Assembly: GCA_003599335.1 (NCBI GenBank)
Contig: QZJN01000014.1
Span: forward strand, 1,432-65,431
Length of the DNA: 64,000 bases
Origin: Candidatus Parcubacteria bacterium
GTDB taxonomy: Bacteria > Patescibacteriota > Minisyncoccia > SURF-38
Reading direction: 5' to 3'
Under the pieces are notes generated by a model, which was given only the letters and a program-made list of their open reading frames with translations, was not told the origin of the DNA and searched no databases. Below are positions 47,935-58,233 of the stretch, one piece after another. Made by a program: the position numbers and the translations under genes. Positions within the stretch are counted from its first letter, which is position 1. Each line of letters starts with the position of its first letter.

Positions 47935-48426
47935 TTAGGGGGTTACGGTCGCCGTAAAATTTAGGGTTAGGGGTTTGCCGGAATTATTTTCTATATAGAC
48001 GGTTCTTTCGACTTTGCCTATGCCAGCCGGGCCATGAGCCGCCGGATCAAAAACAACTTCAACTTCAGCCATCATTCCTGGGGAGAGTTCTTCGTTAATG
48101 CTTGGTATAAGGCCGTGTCCTGGCATTCCAAATGGGCCAAGTTTTTTTGAATCATTCAGCAACGTTGCGGTGGTGCACATGCAGGACGTATATATTTTTT
48201 TGATGGTCAGGGGTTCAGTTCCGGAATTTGTTATTTTATAACGATGAGAAACATTTCCTTTTGCCATTGATATTTTTCCGAAATCAAACATCGCCTCATT
48301 ATTTATTAGCGCAGAAACTTGATTTATTGACGAGTCTTCATTATTTTTGCCGCCAGCTATCACAAAAATAATAATAAACGCAAGAAATATTCCCAAGATT
48401 GTAAATAAAATTGTTTTTGTTTCCAT
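47935..48426 (-). CDS. DUF1573-like Ig-fold protein
   Basis: FDFGKI..ITNSG.EPLTI..TSCMCT, FDPAAHGP. Confidence 0.8.
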   Translation of the reverse strand: METKTILFTILGIFLAFIIIFVIAGGKNNEDSSINQVSALINNEAMFDFGKISMAKGNVSHRYKITNSGTEPLTIKKIYTSCMCTTATLLNDSKKLGPFGMPGHGLIPSINEELSPGMMAEVEVVFDPAAHGPAGIGKVERTVYIENNSGKPLTLNFTATVTP

Positions 48427-48498
48427 ATAATTTAGAGAAATTAAAAAACCGCCCCTTGATAAAGATTTCCGGCAAACCCTAAGGTTTGTCTAGGAAAT

Positions 48499-48918
48499 CT
48501 AAACTATTTGGACGGCTGGATCTCTTTTTTCAAGAAGTGAAAGCCAACGAGAGAAGGTTTCTTTTATAAGCCCTTTTTCTCTTTGGATTTCATTTTTTGA
48601 TTCGATCTTAGAAACAATACTAAAAATAGCGTCTATCTCCCTCTGTAATAGGGCAAAGGCAATCACGGTCAAAAAGCCCATCAGTAAGGTCAAAAAATTG
48701 GCAGAGGTTAAAAGCTGGGAAAAGCCCTTAAAGACTCCCGCGTGAAAAGTGGCAAAAGCGAGGGGATTAACTTCTTTCTCGCATCTTGCTTTTCCGCTCA
48801 TAGCGGCAAAACAATCAGAGTGATCATCGATGCCAACATGAATCATACCCAGAAAGCCAAAGAGGCTTAAAAGGCCAAAGCTTGCGCAAACTATTAAAGC
48901 GATAATTTTTTTCTTCAT
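48499..48918 (-). CDS. Hypothetical membrane protein
   Basis: Two TM, H..C..C..H, C-terminal WLSLLEKRDP. Confidence 0.65.
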   Translation of the reverse strand: MKKKIIALIVCASFGLLSLFGFLGMIHVGIDDHSDCFAAMSGKARCEKEVNPLAFATFHAGVFKGFSQLLTSANFLTLLMGFLTVIAFALLQREIDAIFSIVSKIESKNEIQREKGLIKETFSRWLSLLEKRDPAVQIV

Positions 48919-48940
48919 CCTAATTTTAAAGATAGCACAT

Positions 48941-50182
48941 CTATTCGTATCGTAAAGCCTCTATTGGACTTTTCAGAGAAGCTTTACGCGCCGGGTAAAG
49001 CCCGAAAACAAGCCCTATTACTGCCGCAACCACAAGACCAACAATCGCCGCAGAAATTGGGAAAGAAAATAACCAGGCAAGACCGGCAAATTGTGTAAGA
49101 GCAATAGATGTGAGAAAGGCGAGGGCGCCACCGACAATAATTCCGATAATGCCCCCGATGCCCGTGAGGATAACAGCTTCAAGTAAAAATTGTATAAGAA
49201 TATCTTTATTTGTCGCACCAAGAGCCTTGCGCAAACCTATTTCTCTTGTTCTTTCTGTTACGGAAACAAGCATTATATTCATTATCCCAACACCGCCGAC
49301 CAAAAGAGATATTGCAGCCACCGACGCCAAAAACAAAGTGAGAACATTGGTTACCGTTTCAACAGTTTCCAGTGCGTCGGTTTGAGTTTCAATAAAAAAA
49401 TCGTCTTTACTCGGGTCGGTAATATTATGCGAATTTCTTAAGGTTATTTTGATATCTTCGACTGTTTGTGGCACATTTTCTTCGCTGTTAGCCTCTACCA
49501 CTATCCTGTGAAAATATTTAATTCCGAAAATAAATTGTTGTGCCGTGGTATAGGGCATCATTGCCGCTTCATCAAAATTAAAGAAAGCAAATTGACCTTT
49601 TGGAGGTAGAACTCCTATAACCCTAAGGTTTCTGCCTTTTACTCTTATTTTTTCATTTATTGCATCGTTTCTGCCAAAAAGTTCATCCTTGACTTTTGAT
49701 CCCAGAACAACAACGTCGGCATAGCTTTTTGTTTCATCTTCGGTAAAAGATCTGCCAAATTCTGGGTTTAAATCATAAATTTTAGTGAAAAGCTCGGTTA
49801 CGCCAAAGATTGTAGGACGATAGGTTTCGCTGCCGTAAGCAGCAGATTCGCTGCCAAAAACGATCGGCATTATTTTTGCAAGATGGGGAACGTTACTTTT
49901 TTTCTTTAGTTCCTCAAGATCTTTTTCTTTCAGAGAATCGGTGAATGTTGAAAGAATATCTGTCGGTCCTTGGGGCTGACGGCCGGGGATTATCGCGATT
50001 GTTTTCGTCCCAATACTTTGGATTTCTCCCAATATAAGATTTTGAGCTCCTCTGCCTAAAGAGACAACCAAAATTATCGCGGCGATGCCGATGACTATCC
50101 CCAGAATAGTAAGCGCAGATCTTGTTTTGTGAGTTCCAAGACCACTTAAGGCGGTTTTAAAATTATAATTAAGCGATACCAT
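48941..50182 (-). CDS. MacB/FtsX-family ABC permease
   Basis: RSALTILGIVIG, GGVGIMNIMLVSVTERTREIGLRKALGA, PIEALRYE. Confidence 0.93.
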   Translation of the reverse strand: MVSLNYNFKTALSGLGTHKTRSALTILGIVIGIAAIILVVSLGRGAQNLILGEIQSIGTKTIAIIPGRQPQGPTDILSTFTDSLKEKDLEELKKKSNVPHLAKIMPIVFGSESAAYGSETYRPTIFGVTELFTKIYDLNPEFGRSFTEDETKSYADVVVLGSKVKDELFGRNDAINEKIRVKGRNLRVIGVLPPKGQFAFFNFDEAAMMPYTTAQQFIFGIKYFHRIVVEANSEENVPQTVEDIKITLRNSHNITDPSKDDFFIETQTDALETVETVTNVLTLFLASVAAISLLVGGVGIMNIMLVSVTERTREIGLRKALGATNKDILIQFLLEAVILTGIGGIIGIIVGGALAFLTSIALTQFAGLAWLFSFPISAAIVGLVVAAVIGLVFGLYPARKASLKSPIEALRYE

Positions 50183-50901
50183 TATTTAACAAAATTATCT
50201 TTTGCCGAGTGCCTCTTTGGCACATCGATTATTTTTGAAATTTTTCCGTCCAAAAGCTGTATTATTTTTTCGGCATGTTCGGCTGTGTATGTCTCGTGGG
50301 TGATTAAAATTATTGTATGGCCACCCCTAATATTTAACTCTTGAAGTATTTCCATGATCGCTTTGCCGGATTTTGAATCAAGGTTTCCAGTAGGTTCATC
50401 GGCAAAAATGACCTGCGGATTGTTTATGAGGGCTCTGGCAATGGCGACTCTTTGTTTTTCTCCTCCGGAAAGTTGTGAAGAAAGATGATTGATTCTATGG
50501 GAAAGGCCAACGGCATCGATTGCGGAAATGGCTTTTTGTTTCCAAGTTTTTCCCGGAAATTTAGAATATAATAATGGCAGCATTACATTATCCAAGACCG
50601 TAGTCTTAGGTAAAAGATTGAACGATTGAAAAACAAAGCCAATTTTTTCGTTTCTGACAACGGCTATTTCTTCTTCGGAATAATCATTGGAGTTTTTCCC
50701 GTTAAATTTGTATTCGCCACCCGTGGGCTTATCAAGAAAGCCAAGTATGTGAAGCAGGGTTGATTTTCCAGATCCCGAAGGACCCATGATTGCCACAAAA
50801 TTACCCTTGTCTATTGAGAAAGAAACCCCATCTAAAGCTGGGGTTGCAACATCGTCGTTGTAATAAGTTTTTTGCAGGTTTTTAACCTCTATAAGCCCCA
50901 T
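50182..50901 (-). CDS. ABC transporter ATP-binding protein (MacB/LolD type)
   Basis: [26 protein letters not shown]. Confidence 0.95.
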   Translation of the reverse strand: MGLIEVKNLQKTYYNDDVATPALDGVSFSIDKGNFVAIMGPSGSGKSTLLHILGFLDKPTGGEYKFNGKNSNDYSEEEIAVVRNEKIGFVFQSFNLLPKTTVLDNVMLPLLYSKFPGKTWKQKAISAIDAVGLSHRINHLSSQLSGGEKQRVAIARALINNPQVIFADEPTGNLDSKSGKAIMEILQELNIRGGHTIILITHETYTAEHAEKIIQLLDGKISKIIDVPKRHSAKDNFVK

Positions 50902-50905
50902 AAAT

Positions 50906-52360
50906 TTACGGAGTTAAAAGTCGGTCGCCTTCGTTAACCCCGCTTAAAATTTCAATATTACCATCGGAACCTCTTAACCCGGTTTCAACCATAACTTCAG
51001 AAACTGATCCGTCTTGACCGATTATTTTTGCAACCCTATTGCCGTTTTTGGTGATTATAAGGCGTTGCGGCGCCAAGAGGACACCATCTTTTTTCTGGGT
51101 GAGGATATCAATGTTGGCCGTCATGCCGGATTTTATTCTTTCATTTTCAGAGACAAAATTTAAAGTTGTCTTATAAGTGGCAACCCCCTCAATAATCGTT
51201 TCCGCCGGTTCTATAAAGGAAACAACAGCTTCAAAAACAACTTCGTTTCCGAAGGCATCAAGCGTTACCAGGGCGGTGTCTCCAATTTTTACTTTTGCTA
51301 TGTCAACTTCGGTGATATTTGATTCAATTTCAAACCCGGTTTTCGATATGACAGTTGCAACTTTTTGATTGACCGAAACTGTTTCGCCAATTTTTATGTC
51401 AACGGTTGTTACCAATCCATTAATTGGGGAACGGAGAACAACATTTGTCAGCTGGGTTTTTACAAGGTTGATGTCGGCTTCGATTTGTCTTATCTGGGCC
51501 TGCTGGGAATTTATTTTTGCATCCTGGAGATTTATCAATCGAAGTTGGGAATCAAGTTTTTCGTTAACGCTATTTAGATTTGTTCTTGCCGTTGAAACGC
51601 TGGTTTGATAGCTGTTTTTAGTTGTGCCCGATAAATCGGCTGCATAATTTATGGCATCAAAGACATTTTGAAGAAAGGACTGAATTTTGGAAACGTTATT
51701 CAAAGAATCGCCGATTAGAGTTAGGATTTGGGCTTCTGGCGAAGTGGGGGACAGAGAATAAACATTTATCCGCCAGACCGGCAAAAGCTCTGCCATTTCC
51801 AGTCTGCCGGCAACGGCATCTATCCTTGCCTGGGTGTTTAGGGTGGTAAATGTAAGCTGGGGAGAGGTATTATCGTTTGTAAAAACATCGTCTGTTTTTT
51901 GCTTAACAGCCTCATCGGCTCTTATGTAAACTTCTTCAATTGTCGATACCGCAGAGCGATAAGCATTAGTTTTTTCAAGTTTTAACTCTTCAAGTTTTGC
52001 TTTGGTGACTTCAAGAGCGGCTTCCTTTTGATTGAGTTGGGCTCTTAATTCTTTATCGTCCAAAGTTATCAGTATTTGACCCGGGGAAACGTTATCTCCA
52101 ACTTTGGCAAGAACTTGAGATACTTTTCCGCTTTCTTTGAAAGACAACTCAATATTATCGGCGGCCTTAGTTTTTCCGGTTACACTTACTTCTTGAACAA
52201 TGGTGCCCTTTTTAACCAGAAAAGCTTCTTCGCCATTTTCCGATCTGCCGAAAAAATAAAAAGCCGATATGCTTATCACGATCACGACAATTATAATCCA
52301 AAGGGTTTTTCTTTTCAGGTTAATAAATCCATTTTTCATATCGCTTAGCAAGTCTAACAT
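50906..52360 (-). CDS. MacA/HlyD-type periplasmic adaptor (start may be 52339)
   Basis: N-terminal TM, lipoyl half-motifs (VKVG-like, LRSPING), long coiled coil, SGMTA. Confidence 0.88.
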   Translation of the reverse strand: MLDLLSDMKNGFINLKRKTLWIIIVVIVISISAFYFFGRSENGEEAFLVKKGTIVQEVSVTGKTKAADNIELSFKESGKVSQVLAKVGDNVSPGQILITLDDKELRAQLNQKEAALEVTKAKLEELKLEKTNAYRSAVSTIEEVYIRADEAVKQKTDDVFTNDNTSPQLTFTTLNTQARIDAVAGRLEMAELLPVWRINVYSLSPTSPEAQILTLIGDSLNNVSKIQSFLQNVFDAINYAADLSGTTKNSYQTSVSTARTNLNSVNEKLDSQLRLINLQDAKINSQQAQIRQIEADINLVKTQLTNVVLRSPINGLVTTVDIKIGETVSVNQKVATVISKTGFEIESNITEVDIAKVKIGDTALVTLDAFGNEVVFEAVVSFIEPAETIIEGVATYKTTLNFVSENERIKSGMTANIDILTQKKDGVLLAPQRLIITKNGNRVAKIIGQDGSVSEVMVETGLRGSDGNIEILSGVNEGDRLLTP

Positions 52361-52382
52361 TTTTTCGGAATATTTGGTAGGG

Positions 52383-52417
52383 AAACAACAAAACCCCTTT
52401 AAGGGGTTTTGTTGTTT
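52383..52417. terminator. Palindromic terminator
   Basis: AAACAACAAAACCCCTT-t-AAGGGGTTTTGTTGTTT. Confidence 0.75.
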
Positions 52418-52426
52418 TGGTTGATT

Positions 52427-52819
52427 TTATTTTTTAACCAGGCCAGAAAGCGAATAACGCCCGGGACCAATCAGGGCCACGGCCAAAGCCGTAAGCAAAA
52501 GAGTTAATGCGAATTCGTATCCGCCGATGCCGGTGAAGCCGTTCTTGAAATGAACCAAATATATTGCAAAAAACATATCAATTGCAATCAGAACGCCGGC
52601 AATATCCGTGAGTATGCCAAGAAGCATTGCGAGGCCACCAACAAATTCAACCGCAGTAACGACATATGCCCAAAATGAGGCAAGGCCCAAGGTTGCAAAA
52701 AAAGCGACGGTGCCTTCAATGTTTTGTATTTTCTGCCAACCGTGAACAATGAAAACGGCAGCAAGAGCAATTCTTATGAATAAAATTCCAAGGTTGGGAT
52801 TTTTTAATTTATTAAGCAT
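52427..52819 (-). CDS. DoxX family protein
   Basis: RIALAAVFIVHGWQK, EFVGG, GGYEF, GPGRYSL. Confidence 0.9.
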   Translation of the reverse strand: MLNKLKNPNLGILFIRIALAAVFIVHGWQKIQNIEGTVAFFATLGLASFWAYVVTAVEFVGGLAMLLGILTDIAGVLIAIDMFFAIYLVHFKNGFTGIGGYEFALTLLLTALAVALIGPGRYSLSGLVKK

Positions 52820-52888
52820 ATCTTAAAAGTTAAGGTTTTAGAATTATAGATTAATTTTAAATATTTTCCCCGGCTTTAGCAAATATCT

Positions 52889-53821
52889 TTATAAAACGAT
52901 TATTTGAGAAACCGCCAAATAATGATTTATAAGAAGAGCCGAAGCAATAATTATAAGCATGATTACGCCGTTGGTTATTAAGCGGGGATATTGTATTTCT
53001 ATTTTGATAAATATTTTAAGTGCCAATGCCAGAAATATAATTGTGGCGAGTGTCAGGAACGCAAGGTTGGTGGTTGCTCTTGGGGAGGTTGCCGCTTTTT
53101 CAACCACGGCGAGGGTTATTTCTGGTAAGTTTTTTTGTTCTAAACTCTGGGCAGCCACGATTGGTTCCTGTGGTTCTTCGGTTAAGACAAATGTTTCTGA
53201 TTCATTGATGGCGGGCTCTTTTTCCTGGGCAAAAGCCTGAGGTAAAGAAGCTAAGAGGCTTGATGGTCTTCCCAAAAACTGAACTACAAAAATTGTTTCC
53301 CTGCCATTATAGTTTCCTTTTGCTGTCGCGATTCCTATTTCGGTAAAGCCATTATTTAAAATGTTGGCTCTGTGTGAGGGTGAATCTATCCATGCCTTTG
53401 TAACATCGGCAGAGTCGATAAAATTAACGGCGAGATTTTCTCCGGCAGCTCCAAAGCGATAACCGACAACTTCAAGCCAGTGCCAAGGAGTTAATCCGTC
53501 TGGTGTGTTGTGAGAGAAATACCCTCTTGAAGCCATATCTTCGGCTTTCAGTTTGGCAGCCTGTTCAAGTAGGGGATTTGTTTTTAAAGAAGATAAGTTT
53601 GCTGTTTCCCTGGTCTCATTTGTTTGTCGGACTAAGGCGTCTGGTAAAATTGCTGAAAGAAAATTAGTCCCTGGAAATATATAAAGAGTTGTGTATAAAA
53701 ATAGAATTTCAATTAACAATGTAAAACTTAAGACGGCGATAGTGGCCTCATAACGAAGTATGTGAGGCTGGTGGTCATTTTCTTTGTGTGGAATAAAATA
53801 TTTTTTAAGCCACTTTCTCAT
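52889..53821 (-). CDS. CAP (SCP) domain membrane protein
   Basis: KAEDMASRGYFSH, AGENLA, WIDSPSHRANIL. Confidence 0.9.
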   Translation of the reverse strand: MRKWLKKYFIPHKENDHQPHILRYEATIAVLSFTLLIEILFLYTTLYIFPGTNFLSAILPDALVRQTNETRETANLSSLKTNPLLEQAAKLKAEDMASRGYFSHNTPDGLTPWHWLEVVGYRFGAAGENLAVNFIDSADVTKAWIDSPSHRANILNNGFTEIGIATAKGNYNGRETIFVVQFLGRPSSLLASLPQAFAQEKEPAINESETFVLTEEPQEPIVAAQSLEQKNLPEITLAVVEKAATSPRATTNLAFLTLATIIFLALALKIFIKIEIQYPRLITNGVIMLIIIASALLINHYLAVSQIIVL

Positions 53822-53850
53822 AGATTTAATTATAACATAAATTTAAGAAA

Positions 53851-53880
53851 AAAACAACCCCGATTAATCGGGGTTGTTTT
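53851..53880. terminator. Perfect 30-bp palindromic terminator
   Basis: AAAACAACCCCGATT|AATCGGGGTTGTTTT. Confidence 0.75.
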
Positions 53881-53891
53881 CGAAGGCCATT

Positions 53892-56207
53892 TTAGGGCAA
53901 TTGCGGGAAAGGGAGATTTAGTTGAGGGCAAAGCAAAGAGTTGATTTTCCAAGTTGTTGTTTTATAAACATAGCCTGTTGGAGTCTGTGCGCTGGCTAAG
54001 CCGTAAGGAACCCATGGAGCTAAAACATCTTGCCAGTGTTTTAGTTGGAATTTTTTAATAGCCTCAAAGGTTAATTGTCCGAAGATTCCGGTTATTGGAA
54101 GATTTGTTTCTCCATTTTCATTTAAAAATTGCTGGAGTTTTATAATTTCTTCCTGATTGTTATTTTTTCCCAAGCCGATATAACTTAATAAGTAAATTCC
54201 ACAGGACACCGTTTCTCCCAAAACCTGTCCTTGTTGATTTTGATTTTCACCAGAGCCCCCACCAGAATTTTGGGAAAGGAGGATTCCACCGCCACCGCTT
54301 GAAATTATTGTCAGAGTCGGGCCGCCACCATTGCCATTGTCGTTTCCGTTTCCGCCATTATTATCGGTGTTGTTTTGTTCATTATTTTCGTTGTTCTTTT
54401 CATTTTCGTTATTGTTACTTTCTTCATTGTTGTTTCCGTTTCCATTTTCTTCTTCATCTTCGGTGTCTCCATTTTCGTCATTATCTTCATTTTCTTCTTC
54501 GTTGTCGTTATTATCGTTCTCCTCTTCCTCATTGTTCTCTTCATCGTCATTTTCATTATCGTTATTACCTCCGTTTTCTTCTTGCTCGTCATTTTCGTCC
54601 CCATTCTGATCGTCGTTGTTATCTTCGTTTTCATCATTGTCTTCATTTTCATCTCCCTCATCTTCATTATTTTCCTCTTCTTCGTGATTGTCGTTTTCGT
54701 CTTGATGCTCGTCTTCTTCGGGTTCTTCATTTATGCAATTGAGACCCTTCAATGCGTCTAAATCATAACCGTCTGCGGTTGGTTCAAATTGACTTGGATG
54801 GCTTGCATCCGTAAGCCTGAAAAATCTTGCCCACGGTAACGAACCAAGATCTATGGAGCCATCTTTTGTTATTGTTCCGAGTGAATGCCAGCTTGCATTA
54901 TCCTTGCTAGCTTCTATAGAAATATGTTCGTCCGGATACGATGTTCCTCCGGTTACTTCAAAAACATGTATATCATCGCCGCCTTGGTTCAAAACAAATT
55001 TATTGAAAGCCAGCGTGAGATCCCCCCCAAAGCCCAGACTAAAGAAAGTTCCGTTCTGAACTGGATTATCAAAAGGCGCTCCAGAGCTCTCGGGCGCTCC
55101 CAAGGCATCGTGAGGATCAGAGCGATCGGGTAAGACCGAAGAACCGTCTTTTCTCAAACCCTGATTGTTATTAAGCCAATCAGCCGCAAAACAAGCTTCG
55201 GGTTGGGGTTCCGGTTCCGGTTCATGCTCTATATCGTCATTTTTAAGCACACAAAGTTTATGATCCCCGGATTCAAGTGTTACTTGTCCGTGGTCGTTGC
55301 AGTCTTCAAAAAATCCTAAAAATTCGTAACCTTCAAGCTGATTTTCCGAAACGGTATAAGTTCCTGGTTCAAGAGTATAAGTTTCAGGGTGTTCTACGGG
55401 TTCGCTATTTAGAAAAATTTCAAAATCCTGGGTTTGAGCATGACCTCCGTCGTCGTTAATTACGATTTTTACTATTCTAAGTTTTGCTGGCTCCTGCTCT
55501 TCTTCGTGGTCTCCGTTTTCTTCATCATCGTTGTTTTCCTCTTCATTATTATCTTCTTCGTTACTTTCTTCATTTTCGTTGTTTATCGGATCGCCGGTTA
55601 TAAGAATATCATCAAGTTCGAATTGGTCAGCGGCAGAAGCGTTGAGTATTGCGTTAAAAGAAAATTGTACGCTTGGTTGGTTATCATAAGCGGATGATAA
55701 GTTAAAAGTTGCCAGAGTCCATCCATTCGTAAACGTATTTGTGTGGTCGGCGAGGTCTATTAGGTTTGGTCCTAAATCCCAAGCTTTTACTAAAACATGA
55801 TCTTCGCTTTCAAGCTTTTGGTTTTGATCAATCTTGTACCAGTAACTAATTGTTATATTTTCGTATCCTGTTGTTGAAAAAACCTTAATTAGTTGGCCAA
55901 AACCGGGGATCAGAGATGCCGGTCCGTTGACTCTGGCTTTTTTTAAACCCGAATGAGTGTCGCCTCCGCTGACTAACCATTTTGTTCCGGCGCTGTCCCA
56001 ATTACTAAAGTTTCCGGATTCAAATCCGTCCAAAAATATCGTTATGCTTGAAAAAACAGGCAATGGGCTTAATACCCAACCAATTAAAGAAATTATTGCC
56101 AAAATGGATCCTCCTTTTTGAAGCACTTTATTTATAAATCGTTTCTGCATATATCTTTTGATTTTAGTATTACTCCATTGATACAACTTTTTATCAAGGT
56201 TTGTCAA
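53892..56207 (-). CDS. Large secreted surface protein with D/E/N-rich linkers and a C-terminal peptidoglycan-binding-like domain (start uncertain)
   Basis: Signal/TM, DGFESG domain, KIVINDDGG Ig-like repeat, FSLGFGG domain, long acidic tract, KLQQFLN..TGIFGQLTFEAIKKFQ. Confidence 0.8.
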   Translation of the reverse strand: MTNLDKKLYQWSNTKIKRYMQKRFINKVLQKGGSILAIISLIGWVLSPLPVFSSITIFLDGFESGNFSNWDSAGTKWLVSGGDTHSGLKKARVNGPASLIPGFGQLIKVFSTTGYENITISYWYKIDQNQKLESEDHVLVKAWDLGPNLIDLADHTNTFTNGWTLATFNLSSAYDNQPSVQFSFNAILNASAADQFELDDILITGDPINNENEESNEEDNNEEENNDDEENGDHEEEQEPAKLRIVKIVINDDGGHAQTQDFEIFLNSEPVEHPETYTLEPGTYTVSENQLEGYEFLGFFEDCNDHGQVTLESGDHKLCVLKNDDIEHEPEPEPQPEACFAADWLNNNQGLRKDGSSVLPDRSDPHDALGAPESSGAPFDNPVQNGTFFSLGFGGDLTLAFNKFVLNQGGDDIHVFEVTGGTSYPDEHISIEASKDNASWHSLGTITKDGSIDLGSLPWARFFRLTDASHPSQFEPTADGYDLDALKGLNCINEEPEEDEHQDENDNHEEEENNEDEGDENEDNDENEDNNDDQNGDENDEQEENGGNNDNENDDEENNEEEENDNNDNEEENEDNDENGDTEDEEENGNGNNNEESNNNENEKNNENNEQNNTDNNGGNGNDNGNGGGPTLTIISSGGGGILLSQNSGGGSGENQNQQGQVLGETVSCGIYLLSYIGLGKNNNQEEIIKLQQFLNENGETNLPITGIFGQLTFEAIKKFQLKHWQDVLAPWVPYGLASAQTPTGYVYKTTTWKINSLLCPQLNLPFPQLP

Positions 56208-56256
56208 GTTAGATTACGGCTACCGGGTTTCATATAAAAAATCAAGCAATAAAGGC

Positions 56257-57252
56257 TTAAAAAAGAAGAGCGGCTGCGACAGAAAAGTAAATCAATAAAC
56301 TTAAAATATCCTGCAGTATCGTCGCAAAGGGGCCGGAGCCCAAAGCCGGATCTTTACCGGCGCGATTAAAAAGCCAGGGAATAAATATTGCCAAAACAAC
56401 GGCCAGTATTACATTTATAAACATTGCCAAGGCGACTATAAGGGCAACAGAGGCAGTTTTGAAAACCAATATGGTGTATAAGGCGATAAGGATGCTTACC
56501 ACAAAGCCGATTATCATGCTTATTCCGATTTCGCGGGCCAGGTATTTTTTTGTATTTATTTTTTCCAAAGCAACAGCCCTGATATAAATAGTTTGTGTCT
56601 GGGCGCCAACAGCCGCACTCATATAAACTATAACCGGTATAAAAAAGGCGAGAGTTAATTCTTGCTGAAGAGTTGTTTCAAAAAGTTGAGCTATTGAGGT
56701 TGCAAGCATTCCTCCAATCAGGCCGATAACAAGCCAGGGTAGGCGGAGTTTTATGAGCGTTCCGATTTTTGCTTTAAAGATATCAATAAAAGATTCGCTG
56801 ATGTGTATGCCCCCAAAGTGCAGCAAATCTTCAATATGTTCTTCGTGTAATATTGCCAGAATATCTTTTGGAGTAAGCGCACCGACAAAGATTCCGTTTT
56901 TATCAACCACAGGCAAACTCATCACATTATTGGCAATGGCAATTTTTATAGCGTTTTCCTGATGCGTGTGAGGATGAACAAAGGGAAAATTTTTATTCAT
57001 TACATCTCCGATTTTGGTTGTTGTTGCGTCGTGAATTTCAAGAAGGTTTGACAGGCTTACAACTCCGGCCAATTTTCGTTCTTTTGTTAGGACATAAACA
57101 AAACTCATATCTTCAAAGATCTTGGCTTTTGAACGGAGCAATGCCCGCGCATCTTCCACGGTTGTTGTTGTCTCAACAACAGGAACAGCACCAACTAGGT
57201 GTTTTGATACGGCTTTATGTTGTGGTTCCTGAATTTTTTCTTGCTCTGGCAT
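56257..57252 (-). CDS. mgtE: Magnesium transporter MgtE (CBS pair plus TM domain)
   Basis: CBS domains, RLPWL, GAQT, DPALGSGPFATILQD. Confidence 0.9.
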   Translation of the reverse strand: MPEQEKIQEPQHKAVSKHLVGAVPVVETTTTVEDARALLRSKAKIFEDMSFVYVLTKERKLAGVVSLSNLLEIHDATTTKIGDVMNKNFPFVHPHTHQENAIKIAIANNVMSLPVVDKNGIFVGALTPKDILAILHEEHIEDLLHFGGIHISESFIDIFKAKIGTLIKLRLPWLVIGLIGGMLATSIAQLFETTLQQELTLAFFIPVIVYMSAAVGAQTQTIYIRAVALEKINTKKYLAREIGISMIIGFVVSILIALYTILVFKTASVALIVALAMFINVILAVVLAIFIPWLFNRAGKDPALGSGPFATILQDILSLLIYFSVAAALLF

Positions 57253-57297
57253 AACACTCCAATCTTATCAATTTGGCGACTAATTACATATGTGCAA

Positions 57298-57332
57298 AAA
57301 CCAAAACCCGCATATTATGCGGGTTTTGGTTT
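57298..57332. terminator. Palindromic terminator
   Basis: AAACCAAAACCCGCATA-t-TATGCGGGTTTTGGTTT. Confidence 0.75.
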
Positions 57333-57351
57333 GTGTTTATAAGTACTACTT

Positions 57352-58170
57352 TTAGTATAAAGCGTTCATGCCGGCGATATCTCCACCTTCAGGAGTTCGT
57401 TTATTTGTTTCTCCGAAATCGGCATAGCCAAACATTGTTTCATTGGAGCAGCTTGAAGTGTAAAGGTCTGCCAATCCAACAGAATGTCCAAGTTCATGAG
57501 TTGCGATATTTTCAAAATCCATCTTGTTAGATTCTCCGGAAGAAGACCATTCATAAGCGGTGTTATAAATTTGATCCCATTCAAGCAATTCCCTTGTTTG
57601 GATGGGGCCGCTGAAAAATCCCCAAATGTAAGTAACCGCAATGGCATTGCCTTCGGAAAGTTCGGCAAAATAAACTTCGTTTACATCGTTCATGGTTGCA
57701 AAGCCTAAAGATAAATCAGCGGATGTTAAGGCCCCGTTGCCTAAAATATCTATAGAAAAATTATTTCCAACATTTCCATCAGCCGCATCTTCCCATTTTT
57801 CAATATCAAAACTTAGATTATTTAAGATAAAGCTTGAAGATAAACCGCTTGGATTTGAGGCGTTTACAACCCAATCTTCTGTTGTTTTCCATTTCGCTCC
57901 CTTAGATAAAAAGCCATAGCAGTTTGTGCCAGATGGTTTGTTTGGCTTTACTCCTCCTCTTGCGGGATTTTTCTTATAATGCACAATTGCGTATCCTTGA
58001 GCTTTTTTCCCCGCACGCGCATCTTGAGCTTCGCCTATATAAAATATATTATCGGCAACCAGTTTTGCTCCGGCAGGAACAACAGGAAGTTGTTGGGGCT
58101 TTGCTCCAACAGGCGCGGCTAAAAATACAAGACCAATTATTATTGATGCGAATAAAGTTTTATTTAACAT
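57352..58170 (-). CDS. Secreted matrixin-like (M10) Zn metalloprotease
   Basis: Signal peptide; HELGHSVGLAD, Met-turn ETMFG, GDIAGMNALY. Confidence 0.85.
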   Translation of the reverse strand: MLNKTLFASIIIGLVFLAAPVGAKPQQLPVVPAGAKLVADNIFYIGEAQDARAGKKAQGYAIVHYKKNPARGGVKPNKPSGTNCYGFLSKGAKWKTTEDWVVNASNPSGLSSSFILNNLSFDIEKWEDAADGNVGNNFSIDILGNGALTSADLSLGFATMNDVNEVYFAELSEGNAIAVTYIWGFFSGPIQTRELLEWDQIYNTAYEWSSSGESNKMDFENIATHELGHSVGLADLYTSSCSNETMFGYADFGETNKRTPEGGDIAGMNALY

Positions 58171-58233
58171 AATTTTATAAATTTACTTTTTTATAACAAT
58201 ACCACATCATATTAAGCTTTGGCAAGACAGAGA

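Noticed and set aside
54299-54761. Several overlapping long ORFs in other frames
   Set aside because: They are shadows of the low-complexity acidic tract in the 53892-56207 gene.
58162-58172. Perfect XerD-arm match ATTTAACATAA as a dif site
   Set aside because: It coincides with the ATG TTA AAT start of the metalloprotease gene and has no XerC arm at the correct spacing.
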